NCBI GenBank assembly: GCA_051294375.1
Contig: CM119264.1
Coordinates: forward strand, 27,353,340 to 27,417,339
Length of the DNA stretch: 64,000 nucleotides
Reading direction: 5' to 3'
From: Paraspadella gotoi
Taxonomy: Eukaryota > Animalia > Chaetognatha
Shown here: piece by piece, positions 1 to 18,600 of the stretch
Layout: each line of letters begins with the position of its first letter
How positions within the stretch are numbered: position 1 is the stretch's first letter
Notes under the pieces: generated by a model
Told to the model about the DNA's origin: nothing
Databases searched by the model: none
The model's input: only the letters and a program-made list of their open reading frames with translations
Translations under genes and position numbers: made by a program

Positions 1-4990
<4,990 letters not shown>

Positions 4991-7711
4991 GGAGTGTCTG
5001 TTTCAAGTTTCCGGTCCGACATAAAAACCGCATTGAGGCGGAAAGTTTTTCTCAGTATCCGTATCGCCGTTTGGTTAGTTCCGGTTTGTAAGCTTTGTTT
5101 TTGCAAGCATAAACCTTATAAAGTACTTTTTTTCTAATTTGTTATTAGCACTGTATTTTTAAAATAGAGCATTGTGATAAATTCAAAAAGAATTTCTTTC
5201 TTGATGCAATCGGATGTTGATAAAGTGTTTATAAAATTGTTAATCAAAGCTGAAACAATGAAACTTGTTTCTGAAAAGAGGATCAAATAAGTTGCTTTAC
5301 CTTTTCCAACGGTATTTATATTTTTTTTATTTTATATTTTTTTATAATGCTGGAATGTCCAAGGATTTTCTTCTAATAAGGGTTTTAAATTTCATATATT
5401 TGATGGGAAAGTAACAACCAAATACGTTTTTAAATCAAAATAATTATAAGAAATCCTTTAATTAAATATTTGTATGAGTATTTTATGCTTACTACTTAAG
5501 AATGAAAATCGCTAATAATCAAACTAATGTTATCTTGCAAACAATGAAAGTCAGAATAAATCTCTGGCGTCTGCGTGACAATTTTAACGCGCCAACAAGC
5601 TCTTTGTCTTTTTCCGCTCTTACCGTGCGGGATTGTAATACGTGCGCGCTTGTCCCAAACTCGCTTCCGCCATGGTTGAAGTTCAAAGAAAAGAAAGGAA
5701 GAGAAGAGAGAGGAGGCACTGATGTCTCTCGCCTTTTTTTCTCTCTCTTTTTTGTTCTCCTAAAGATTCGAAGGTGGTAAGATAGGGAGAACGAGAGCGC
5801 GCGCGCAAATTTATTGGAAACTTGAAAAGCCGAATTGGGAGGCCGTTGAGGAAACAAGAAAAGGGCCAGAAGGAAAGGACGTGGGGAGGAGGGGTGGGGG
5901 TAAAAATATGTATGAAAGGAGGGAAGCTTACCCGCGGATATTTGGATTTGCCGAAATGTCAGATAGGTTCAAGCACGTAGGTTTACCGAGGTCATATTTT
6001 CTTATATTAAAGGGGAGAAAAACAGCAGTATGTCTGCGGGGCGTGCGTTCATGACGTCTAAATTGGCACAGATATTTGCGGAAAAGATGCATCGGAAAAA
6101 ATCATAGGAGGAGCTTTTTCTGCTCGAAGAGAGTTGTTAGAAGGATTTTTTTCTAGATCTACCAAGTTGCGAAAAAAGTTGTCATTTTTTACCTCGAGTG
6201 GCTTGACCGCACGTCACTCCAGTGAGAGTTGTCCTCTGAAGTCTACGCGAGATCTTAGATGAGAGAAGAAATATTGGGGAAAAAAATTCACAAAGACTCG
6301 TCGTATTTCCCAATCATGCCCCTGAAATTTAAATTTAAGAGCATCATCACCTACCAATCTCAGTGATAATTACCTCTGCGAAGAGAAAGCGTCGAGGTTG
6401 TAAAACAAATTAGTCCAGAGAGAGAGAGAGCCTCTTGGTCACTTATGATTCGTTTTTCTCTCTGTTGACTTTTTTAAAAAGTGTATCTCTGACGAAATCT
6501 ACGGGAGAGGCTGGCTACCCTTGGATACATCGGCGTCTAGGATACCCAGGCGACCTTCCAATTTTCTTTCTCTCTTCTCTCTTTCATTTTTCGCCTTCTC
6601 TGCTTCATTCTTCCCAGGACAGAAACCTTGGCCTCGTGTAACGAGAAAATAACCGTTTGTCTCCTCGCACGAATCCCGCTTCTCGGACTCTTAGCTTCTC
6701 AGCATATTTCAAAAGAGAACAAAAAAGTCGTCGCCGTCGCTCCCCTTCGTCGTCGGGAGACACGCGATATGAGTAAAATTCCATGGTCTTCATATTTCCA
6801 CTTCCCATGATTTGTCGTCGTTGGGAAAATAGGTCACATGACTATCATTAAAATGGCCCAACAAATCCTCCCCTTCCCGGCGAGTGAAACTTTTTTAAAT
6901 ATTTTTTTTGGTAACTTTTTGTAAATTTTTTTCTTTCCACGAGATTTCATATTTCATACAAGATGTATTCTTCGGTGCATTAAAGCTTTATGAGAAGCTA
7001 TGTGACAGGAACAATGGTTGACTGGTGGCTGAGGTTGACCGATGGCTCTGGTTGTTAAACAAACTGGTTTTCTCATTCGAATTCTCTTTCTCATTTGGCT
7101 TTTCTCGACCTCATTTCACATTTGAGGTTGAGGTTAACAGAAACTTAAAAAAAAAAAACAATTTGGTTGTGAAATACTAGAATTGTTAATATTTTTCTTT
7201 TATTTAATTTTTAATTTAATTCTTCCATCTCCTTTTCTTTTTTTTTCACTTCCCTCAATTCCCTCTCTCACGCAACAAGTCATTTCCCTTTTCCCCAATG
7301 GTTCGCGTGCTCGTGTCGCGCCCAGTGCTTAGAAATTCCTTCTTGTTCCCAGTTCGGTCGCGCCCGGTCGACGCCACACTGTTAAACAAAAGAAAGAGAA
7401 AACTCTAGACTTGTACTTACTATTGTACTTGTAAAATCATTGTGTTCATTAGACATACATGGAAACATTGGAGCTAAGTACTGAAATAATCGCCTCAGTA
7501 CTTGAAATAGGTAATAACTTTTGTTTCGTAAGTAATATAAATGAAAAATGAAAAATTTAAGCGAGGCAATTTTGTTATTTTTTTATCAATGAAATTTCTC
7601 ATCCTGCCTTCATTCCTACTCGTCACTTCTCCTTATTTTTTTTTTCCAGTTTGCGTTCCATTCTGTTTCCTTTCCCGATGCCATAGCTCCTCTTCCTCTT
7701 CCTCGTCACTG

Positions 7712-7837
<126 letters not shown>

Positions 7838-8994
7838 CGCCTCTTTTCCGCATCCACGACGTCCCGCATTCGGAATCGCGAGAATTGGATGTAATAATCG
7901 AAAAGGAGTCGACGAGGCGCGCGCACGAGCCGAGCGAGCGAGCGCGCCAGAGTGAACGAGCGCGCCCCAGACTCCGCACGCGCGCGCGCCCCTTTGCACG
8001 TGGAAGGTGATTCCGTTTTCCGGTTCTCCAATTTTTTTAATCTCCGGATGCGCAAAAATCAATATAGTTTGGTCTTCGTTTTTACCTATAATACAAGTTA
8101 CAACGTAAATCAACATATTAGCGTCGGTGATAAATATTTTTTTTCATTTTTAAATATGCGAACCCACCTCAAATATAAAAATTTAAAAAATTCGAATTCA
8201 CTTGAATATAACCAAGTCCGCTGCTTATTTCTTTTTAGAATATTCAAAATACATACACTTTATCTGTTTTGAGATTAAACTTCATGTTTTGTCTCCATCC
8301 TCATCCTATGTATAAAATCACTTTAAAATGTTTTAAAATTTTGTCCTTTAAAAGAACAAAAAATAAAAGGATTGGATGAAAAAATATAGGCAATGTCGTG
8401 GGCTTCGGTATTTTGGTCGAGCGTAGAGGCGCCAATAGCGCGCCGTTGCCGGAAGCGAATAAGCGCCGAAACGTGACCGGAATTCCCACTTTCCCTCCCT
8501 CTGCTTTTTGTCGTCTTCTCGGTAATTGCGAGATAAAAAAGTAGATAGGTGGAAGTGAAGCAGGCGACGGAGCGAGTCTTGCTCAAGATCGGCTACCACT
8601 CAACTTCTCCTTTTCACTTTTGACTTTCTTCATTTTTTAAAAGATCAAAATAGTCCTTTAACATCACCTATCTAAGAGATTTTTCCCTTTTATATTCATA
8701 AAAAAAATAAATACTACACTTTATATAGCGTCTTTTTTTTTTAAAGTTTGCAATTGTTTCTAAGTTAAATTTTATATGCGGATTTGTTTTAGATCTCTTA
8801 TTTACTTTGATTGGATGCATGATCGTAACAGTTTTGTAATATTTATTAGCAAAAAAGTTTTAATAAATATAACTAAAAATTTTGTTTATCAAATTGTATA
8901 TCCGATTAAAATTTTATACTTCTTATCATCAAATTCATTCATAACTTTTTTTCTTCTTCTCTTCCTCAGGTTTTTTTTTTTGTAATAAAAAAGA

Positions 8995-9041
8995 ATACCG
9001 TCGTCAGAATTGAACCCGCGACCTTTAGTATTGAAACCGTC
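8995..9041 (-). mobile_element. tRNA-derived fragment (SINE head or tRNA pseudogene 3' half)
   Basis: Minus strand reads ...AAAGGTCGCGGGTTCAATTCTGACGACGG, a T-arm/B-box-like GGTTCAATTC. No intact A box or cloverleaf is visible. Confidence 0.45.
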
Positions 9042-9513
9042 TTTTTTTCTCTCTTCTTACTTTTTTCTTCTTTCTTTCTTTTTATTTTAGTTCTTTTTCT
9101 CGTATCTCTTTCACTTTTGCCCACGACGTAACAATGGGCAATAAATCATATACTTACAGCTTTTGTCTAAATCTCTTGTTGACTCTTACTACCTCGTAAA
9201 CGCATCACTTCCCCATCTGATTTTTTTTTAAATATAATTATTTCTATAATTAATTAATCTAATTATTATTATATAATTAGTTTTTATAGTATTTTTGTTC
9301 AAATTTTTTTCACTACCCGGTTTTTCATTGGTTCCTGTTTCTGCGTTCGCGAATGACACCAAATTGTACAAAGAAAACTTCAGATTTACAAATAAAAAAT
9401 AAAAAAATCATTACTGAAAATTTACTAAACATTACGATAATTCAGATACGCGATTAATTAGACCACTATTAAGGATTTTTTATGGAGTAAAGTATTTCTT
9501 TATTGCAATTAAT

Positions 9514-12500
9514 AACACGCTTAAAATGATCTTTTTTCGTCAATTTTACTCTGTTAGATAAAAAATGAAACTTAGAATAGTAAATAAATTAAACATGATA
9601 TGAAACTTATACACAAAAAAAAGTCCAGTAGTGCTCCAACAAATGAAGTACTTGTAAATTATCTTTATTAAATATTTTAAATATAATAAAGATTTTTTTT
9701 GTATCACTCGCGAACGGACACAGAGTATATTGAAGCTCGTTCCGTCATTCCTCTCAATTAACAAGAAACTATTAAGATTAAACTTAAAGAGTATTCTTTT
9801 TTGTCATTTGGCGTTGTTTCATTGTTATTGTACTTCTTTATATATCATTACTACTTTCTTCATCTCCTTCCAGGCATCTTCTCACTCATTCGCCTTATCT
9901 ACTAACCAGTTTTTTTTCGCCATTTCTCGATTCTCATTGAGTTGCGTTCCTTCACTTTTTTCTGAGTTCTCTTAATCCCTCTCTCTCTTTTTCTTCGATT
10001 CTCTTGCCGCGTTTGCATCAAAAATTTGCTCCTTGCCGAATTTTGTAAAAAAAAAGAATTCTTTCGTGTTTTTTGCCTTCAACTTTTTCTTCCTATTCAG
10101 CGCGTCTTTTTTTGAGTCAATCCTCTCTAATCCTTTTCTCTCTTTCTTTTATCTCTCATGACCTTTTTTTTAACCACCGTCTTTCATCAATAAAAGCAGG
10201 CTCGACGCGGATTACACGACTGGAATGTTATCATTCTCTACGTCGCGTGAACTGCTAAGATTTAATTTTTAAAAATCTTTGTTCATTTTATATGTCTAAT
10301 CTCTTTTTAGAAGAAAAAAAAAAGCAAACGCACACGTGAAAATTGCAGATCAAAATTCGAAAATTTGTTCATGAACATTTTATATTATAAAAAAAATTAG
10401 TTTCTCAATTTTTGCATACGCCCATATTTATACATACATTTACCATAAAAAATGTTAAAATTTTAAAATAGTTTTTTTTAGTTTTGAAAAAAGATTCGAA
10501 TTTCTCATAAAAATTTGATAAAAGAAAATATAAGTCTTAATCAAAAATTATTTCATTAAGTTAGCTGAAAATTAAAAAAAAACTATATTTTTTATACTAA
10601 AATTATATCATAAGTTAACTAAAACAGTTTTTTAGGATTTTGACCAATAATTTTCTAAAAAGAGTTATATTTCCTTTTATCAACTTTTAGTGAGGAATAA
10701 AAAATATTTTTTATTTAAAAAAAAATGATTCACAGGTACAAGCTTGTTCATGATCTACTATTCGAATTTTGATTCAACTTGATTTTAATATTTTAGGTGA
10801 ATGCCGTTGAAATATCTTGGCGCTTGCAAAATGGATTTCGAGTTGGCCTTTTTAAGTCACGCGCGCACAAACGCGCTTTCCATCTTTTTCTCGAGATCAG
10901 TGGGTTGGGGAGGAGGCTGTTTGCCTAATTTGGAGGGAGTGAAAGTAGCAGTTGCGGGGGAGGAGACGTTTCATCGTTAGGCTCTTTTATCCATGACGTC
11001 TACGATTAGGATAATGAATTCCGGAAGAAGATTGTCCCTTGACTGTGGGGTTGGAGGTTGGAGNNNNNNNNNNNNNNNNNNNNNNNNNGCCAGAAATGGT
11101 GGAGGAAAAGAAAGAACTGCCCAAACAATTGACGAAATGAGGAAAGTTGCCTTTTCCAAAAATTGCTTCTATGTAAAATTATTAAACAGGAATCCAACCT
11201 CCAACCTCCAACCCCACAGTCAAGGGACAATCTTCTTCCGGAATTCATTATCCTAATCGTAGACGTCATGGATAAAAGAGCCTAACGATGAAACGTCTCC
11301 TCCCCGCAACTGCTACTTTCACTCCCTCCAAATTAGGCAAACAGCCTCCTCCCCAACCCACTGATCTCGAGAAAGAGATGGAAAGCGCGTTTGTGCGCGC
11401 GTGACTTAAAAAGGCCAACTCGAAATCCATTTTGCCAAGGCAAGATATTTCAACGGCATTCACCTAAATATTAAAATCAAGTTGAATCAAAATTCGAATA
11501 GTAGATCATGAACAAGCTTGTACCTGTGAACATTTTTAAATAAAAAATATTTTTTATTTTCATCATACGCCATTAACATAAAAAGTTAAAAAAAATGGTT
11601 TTTCTCATTGAAACATCGAATTCCCACTAAGTTGATAAAAGGAAATATAACTCTTTTTAGAAAATTATGGTCAAAATCCTAAAAAACTGTTTTAGTTAAC
11701 TTATGATATAATTTTAGTATAAAAAATATAGTTTTTTTAAAATTTTCAGCTAACTTAATGAAATAATTTTTGATTAAGACTTATATTTTCTTTTATCAAA
11801 TTTTTATGAGAAATTCGAATCTTTTTCAAAACTAAAAAAAAACTATTTTAAAATTTTAACATTTTTTATGGTATACTATGTATAAATATGGGCGTATGCA
11901 AAAATTGAGAAACTAATTTTTTTTATATATAAGTTTAGTAGCTGTCATGAACAACTTTTCGAATTTTGATCTGCAATTTCACGTGTGCGTTTGCTTTTTT
12001 TTTTCTTCTAAAAAGAATTAGACATATAAAATGAACAAAGATTTTTAAAAATAAATCTTAGCAGTTCACGCGACGTAGAGAATTACCGTCGTAATCCGCG
12101 TCGAGCCTGCTTTTATTGATGAAAGACGGTGGTTAAAAAAAGGTCATGAGAGATAAAGAAAGAGAGAAAAGGATTAGAGAGGATTGACTCAAAAAAAGAC
12201 GCGCTGAATAGGAAGAAAAAGTTGAAGGCAAAAAACACGAAAGAATTCTTTTTTTTTTTACAAAATTCGGCAAGGAGCAAATTTTTGATGCAAACGCGGC
12301 AAGAGAATCGAAGAAAAAGAGAGAGAGGGATTTAGAGAACTCAGAAAAAAGTGAAGGAACGCAACTCAATGAGAATCGAGAAATGGCGAAAAAAAAACTG
12401 GTTAGTAGATAAGGCGAATGATTGAGAAGATGCCTGGAGGGAGATGAAGAAAGTAGTAATGATATATAAAGAAGTACAATAACAATGAAACAACGCCAAA

Positions 12501-12783
12501 TGACAAAAAAGAATACTCTTTAAGTTTAATCTTAATAGTTTCTTGTTAATTGAGAGGAATGACGGAACGAGCTTCAATATACTCTGTGTCCGTTCGCGAG
12601 TGATACAAAAAAAATCTTTATTATATTTAAATATTTAATAAATAATTTACAAGTACTTCATTGTGTGAGCACTACTGGACTTTTTTTTGTATAAGTTTCA
12701 TATTGATTTATTATTTACTATTCTAAGTTTATTTTTTATCTAACAGAGTAAAATTGACGAAAAAAGATCATTTTAAGCGTGTT
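9514..12783. repeat. Long inverted repeat: arms 9514-11063 and ~11199-12783 around a spacer containing an N gap
   Basis: Near-identical ORF translations on opposite strands (9730+ vs 12577-, 10993+ vs 11269-). The arms align end to end with many small indels. Confidence 0.95.
11064..11088. other. Assembly gap (25 N)
   Basis: Run of 25 n. Confidence 1.
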
Positions 12784-13303
12784 CTTGATTGAGTTTTAAA
12801 AAAAATTTTCAATGTCCTTTTTTTATTGTGGGCCTTGCTCCAGTCAGTGTCCTAAAATCCGGCTAGAGATTTGGAGATTCGACGCCAGTAATTGCGTTCG
12901 CTTTTGCTCCCGAATCCCATTCGGTTTTTCGGTTCAGTTCTTCACGCCCCGGAATGTAGGGAGGGGGGTGGGGCTTGGTAACGTTTGAGATGAGTGTTTC
13001 TCTAAAAAGAACGATTGAGAGCCTGGAGTGCGGCTGGTGGCATTACTCGAGATTTGTAGGATGAAAAGATTCTGGAGCAAAAGGCAAGATGATCACCAAT
13101 GTTTAAGAAATCCGTAGGGATGAAATTCTAATGTCTATCCTTAAAGCTATTATAATCGTGAGAAAGTTTTTACAACAGCATTTGAACTTCTCCATTAATA
13201 TTAAATTATTAATGTACCAGTGAAATATATAACGTAGTGTAGATTTTTCTGGGTTATATACTTTTGTCACGACTGTTTTGTTTGTTTTGTTAGAATTACA
13301 TTT

Positions 13304-13381
13304 TTTATGAAATTGGTACAACCAATATACAAATTATCCATTCATTTAATAAATAAGCTATCTTTCCCCTGACTTTGGACA
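13304..13381 (+). repeat. Dispersed repeat, 78 bp (second copy at 62588-62665)
   Basis: TTTATGAAATTGGTACAACCAATAT...CCCCTGACTTTGGACA occurs at both sites with 2 mismatches. Confidence 0.9.
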
Positions 13382-15612
13382 TTGTAATTCTAATTTAAAT
13401 TTTATATTAAAATTTTTAGGACTGGAGTAAAGAGTTGTAGTTTTAAAAGGTTAGTAATGTCTGATCAAATTCGCCTCCCTTTTTCCCTCTTCTTTGCGCT
13501 TCTCTTCTTCACGCATACAATTCACAATCTTCTACTTCTCTCTCTTTTTTTCTTTTGCCTTGTTTGCTCAACAGGAAATGTTTGCTTTAATCCTTCACAA
13601 AATTAACTTCACCTCTGAGTAGACTTCGCGAAAACACAAACAATACTTTAATTTTTAATTTAGAAATTTTAAGTAGAAAAACTATTAGGTAGCGATTAAA
13701 GGATAAGACTCACATTTAAATTGATATTTTTATAATTAAGCACTGAAAAAATATGTACATAGTCCAAGAAAAAAATTTAAGAGATTTGACTGAGATTTGA
13801 ACGAGCTTTAAAGTTTAATATTACTTTTTACTTTCCTCCTCAGCAACGATTCGTTCTCGTTACCAAGCAACGCTATTATACATGAACTCGTCGAACTATG
13901 AATCTTTCTTCTGTCATCGTCGCATCCTCGAATTCTGGACGATAATCCCGTCCATCTGTCGGCTCCGGGAGGAGGTGGAAGAGGATCTTATTTTCATGTA
14001 TAGCGATTTATTTCGTTATATTCTTTCTTTAACCTTCCACGCTTCTCGATTGATAACTTGAAACAAACTTTAAATCGCCCACCTCAAACACAAGAAAAGA
14101 AAACTCTCGGATGTTGGGAAACCCGACTCGGATTGGCTCGTCGACGAGGCGAATCTCCCAGATACTCCCCGTCGAATGCCGATGAAGGCGGCGGCGTGGG
14201 CGTCGGGCTTGGACGGACGCCGATCGAGGTAGGTTATCGAGAGAAGGAGAGAGGATTAGTAGTGGTGTGACATAGGTCAAATCGAAATCGTGCTGTTAAA
14301 CTAAAACTGTACCAATTAAGCTCAACCCCGTTTTTTAAAGCACTCATAAATCTTTTTAAACTCGTGGCTTATCTTTTATCAGTTTTGGGTAATCGGAGTC
14401 GATTTAAAATTAAGGAAAAGTTAACATATCTAATAAACAAATGATCTCTCAAAGCGTTTAATGATTATATAGGTGCGAAAGTTAAATTTGGCGAGTGGTT
14501 CCGTCTCAATATTCGGTTGATCCACTGAGTGGGCGGGAATGGGGGGGGGGATTTTCTGGCCAGCAAAAGCTTGCCTTGAATCTATTTTTTTTAACTCGGT
14601 AAATTAAGAGGTTTTCATACCAAGTCAGACTCGGCTACATTTTAATATAAGATCGTAACATTTTTACTTAAAGCCGAGAAGAGGACGACGACGATAAAAC
14701 CTCGATGGTCGACTTAAAACAAAAAAATGCGAGACTGCTAATGTTCACCTCTTGGTGGCTGCTTGGATAAATAAACTTTATCTCGCTACGACGACGACGA
14801 CAAGTTACGCGGTTGAATCTCCAAAACAAAACCTTGAAAAAAACTCTGCCATTCAATTTTGTTTCTATTAATTTTTAATTCAAGAGTTTTTTTAGTTTTT
14901 TTTTTTTCGTCCGCCCTTTTTTTTAAATCTACGATTTTACCGCTTCTTTTCTTTCGTTCGTTCGCCTTCGATTTTTATACCTTTATTTCTCACCGCATAT
15001 AACGCCCTAATAAAATTGAAGGTTTGTTTGGCAATTATTTCAATAAAAAACAAAGCCTAATGACTGACAGGATCGGTTGTCTTTCATCAGGTTAAAATTG
15101 GAAAAGGAATCTCAAATCACCTGACGGATTTAATACATTTAATACATTTTCATCCACTATTTACTTTGAGCCTTTCGGCTTCGGTTGAATCTTCAGTCTC
15201 TCTCTTCACTGTTCTCGATTCACAGAACGATTTCACTTTTCTCTCATCTCTCTCTTCGTTTGCAGATCGCGGTCCTGACGCGAAGCCGCGAACTTTGGAT
15301 TCAACGACTTTGCTTTATAAACAGGTGAGTCGTACTTTATCGTTGTTTTGGTTTCATATTTGATTGGTGCGTTTCGTGTTTCTTGTTTTCAATAAAATTC
15401 TCTCTCTGTGATTATTTTCTTGCAATATTTATCTAATTACTACGTAGAAATAAAACTGAAATGTAACAAAATCTAAAACAATGACGGTTGTGACATCTTA
15501 AAAACAATGCTACAGATCTAATTCAGTTTAATTCAGAAGCACAATCTGTTCAGTATTCGTTCTGTCGTCAAATCAACTACCCCTCCCCCAAATTAAAAAG
15601 ACGAACTCGGAG

Positions 15613-18600
15613 ATGATTTCGCGTCGCCTCCTGTCGTCGCTCCGACGCGGCGACGCCCACTTCCTGTCGGTCGACGATGGATTTTTCGCCGCCGCATCGC
15701 CTTTCCATTTTCGGGAGCAGCAGCAGCAGCAGGATCAGCGGCAGCGTCGACCGTCTCTCTCGCTGCGTCAGCAGGGGCGGAGACTGCACGACTCGCCGTT
15801 GATGTCGAGACTCTCCGCGGCGTGGACTCTTCCGGAAGAGAGAGGCGCGCCCACCTTGACTCCATCCACCAGTTGCCTTCTCGGGTAAGTCCCACTTTTT
15901 GGTAGGTGAGGTGAAGGTTGGAGGATTAGTTTTAAAAAGGTGGGAAATTCCAGAGGACTCGGTGTTACGTGACTCAATTGATACTTGATGTTTAATGTTC
16001 AACTTCGTTGTTGAATGTCATGTCAATCTAGAAAGAGATTCAATAAACACGTTGATATGTCGGGGGGGAAAAATTCGAAAATCAAGCCTATTTTTTTCAG
16101 CACTCTCGGCGTCGCGCGATAAAAGAGTTAATTAGTGGAAGCAAAAGGCGGATTTTGTTTTGACAGGAGCGAAAGCGCCCCCCCCCCGTCTTTTTTTTGC
16201 ATTTGATTGAATAATAAATCAGTGGCGAAAATCTAAATCTCTGGATGGAATTTGATTAACTCATTTCGTCTTAGTCAAACATTTTTTTCCTTTTTTTTAA
16301 CCTCTCGCGCTCTACATTTTCTCTTTTCTATTGATAGACGAGGTTTTTCTTATTTCGTCATTGTCACTCTATGAAGGTCGAGTTAATCCACCTACTTTTT
16401 CTCTCACCCCACTCTCTCTCTTTCTTACGTCTCCTTCGATGACCTACTTTTTTCTTCTCGTGACTCGTGAGTGACGAACCGGTCGCCGACCCTTCTTTGA
16501 CGGGAGATGTTCTTGTCGCAAAGGGCGCCCAAACCCCGCGCCGGTCGTCTTTCCTCCCGCCTTCCATCTTCACATCCGTTTGGTAAAAAATGCGAGCGAG
16601 GACGACAACTGTCACGGAATAGAGAGCATTGAGTCGGTTCTCGGTCGCTTCCTTAATTTCCCCTAGTCTTCATCCAAATTCTCTTTCTTATCTAGTTTCC
16701 TCTTTTCTCCCTCCACTCTTCCCCGATATCTTCCTTGTTCTTTTCTTTCCTCCGCGCGCAATAAAGGTCTCTCCATCCGACAACCCGATTATCGCCGAAG
16801 CCGCTGTTCCCCTTTTCTCTCTTTCTCTCTCTCTCTTTTATGGAAATTAAATCGAATTACAAAAAACAAAAGGGGGAAAAAAATGGATTTCAAGTTTCAT
16901 TCTTTTTTTCGAATTCTCTTTGTCATAAAAGAGGAGAGAAATTAGAAAATCGTGACTGCGCTTTTCGCACCCGTCCCCGCTCTTTCCTTCGAAATTCTTT
17001 TGATTTTTTATTATTATTCGATGCGATGAATGAGTTTGATTTGAGACCCAGGGGGGCGTAGTCATAATTTAATAACTAGATATTTATTTATCGGACGAAA
17101 GCCTCTCCCCCTTTTTATCCTCCCGCCCTTAATATTTTTATTTTTCTCTTAATTCCTCCCTCTTCTTTTGGTCCCTCCTTCCTTTCAGACGACGAACGGC
17201 GTCGACGGCAGCGTCCCTGGTGGCGACGGCGTCCTTCGACCACGGTCTCGTGCACCTCTCGGTTCCGCTTCCGTCGAGGGACGAAAACTGCCGCTTCACC
17301 GTCAAGCCCGTCTCCTCCACTGTGGGCGAGCTGCTCGACGCGCTCAAGGTGAAAAGGGCGAGCACGGGGGAGGGAGCGGGGTTAACAAAGGGGTGGGGTT
17401 AACAAAGTGATGATTCTATCTCGTGCGATTGAGTTTGATGGCGGGGGGGGGGTGGGAGTCTGTTTGCTTTTCGACGATGGCGTTTGACCCATTCGAACTT
17501 CAAGAATTCCGAAGCAGACAATTGGCGTGGGTGGCGGTGAGGGCTGAAGGGGCCTTTGGGCGTCGCTGGCGGTCATGGGGCGTGGTAGAGGAATGTGGGG
17601 CGTGGGAGGCGGGTGTTCAACGGGCGTTGGTTGTGGGGGATGATGCGTGGGAGGTAGGCGTGGGAGGCGGGCTGGTAATTCTCGAGATCCGCTGTGTTTG
17701 GTTTTTCTTCTTGTTTCTCCTCCATTCTTGGATCAGTCGTTATCGGCCGGCGGATTGTTTTTGTTTTTAATGCGTTTTTGAATTCCGATTTAATTTTATT
17801 ACATTTGTCTTCTAAAAATATATACAACTGTCGGCATTTGGCTAAGAACAAAGCGATTCTGTGAAAACAAATTGAAAGAAAATTGCTGGAGTTGGCATGT
17901 CAAAAGCAGAATAAAATAATAACTTAATTAGGCCATCTTTTACCGGAATATTCGACACTGTATTTTTATGTTTGAAGATTTAGCATTGAGCGGTTCTCTC
18001 TCTCTCTCTCTCTCTCTGATGCGTAGTCTGGTGAAGTTGTTGAACGAGCGAAGGTCGAACGGACGAGCACTCTTAGCCTTTCAAAGGTCAAGGCGCGCCG
18101 AACGCGAGAGAATCCTCGCTCCCCTCTCTCTTCAATTGGGTTTTTGCGAAGGATGGTGGCGGTAGTGAAGGCGGGTGATTGGGTGGGGCCAGAAGTAGGA
18201 GAATCGGATGGTGGCGATGATGAGGTGGGTGATTGGGTGGGGCCAGAAGTAGGAGAATTGGATGGTGGCGATGATGATTTGGGTGGGGATGGAATTATAA
18301 TTGAATGGTGGCAATGTCGCGGCGGGTGATTGGGTGGGGCCAGAATTAGGAGAATTGACTGACGTGGCGCCATGGTGCTGAAATATGAAGATAATCGGCC
18401 GATGCCAAAAACGGTTGGAATAAACGCCATGGTGAGATGATTTGTTGAAGGCTATTAATGGCGGGGAAATGGATAAAAAGAATTATTGTAGAAAAACATA
18501 GGATGAGAAAAAGAAAAACAATAAACTTCAGTGAGGAAGAAAAAACGTCGAATAAAGGAAAAAAAATCTGGAAAACTTGGCAGCGAAATATATAAAGCTT

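Noticed and set aside
7932-7947. GAGCGAGCGAGCGCGC, matching the AAV Rep-binding element as I recall it
   Set aside because: A low-complexity tetramer repeat that is common in GC-rich DNA. There is no ITR hairpin, terminal resolution site or rep/cap ORF nearby.
11049-11213. (GGTTGGA)n at the palindrome centre as telomeric sequence
   Set aside because: Only 2-3 copies, and not the TTAGGG or TTAGG animal telomere repeat.
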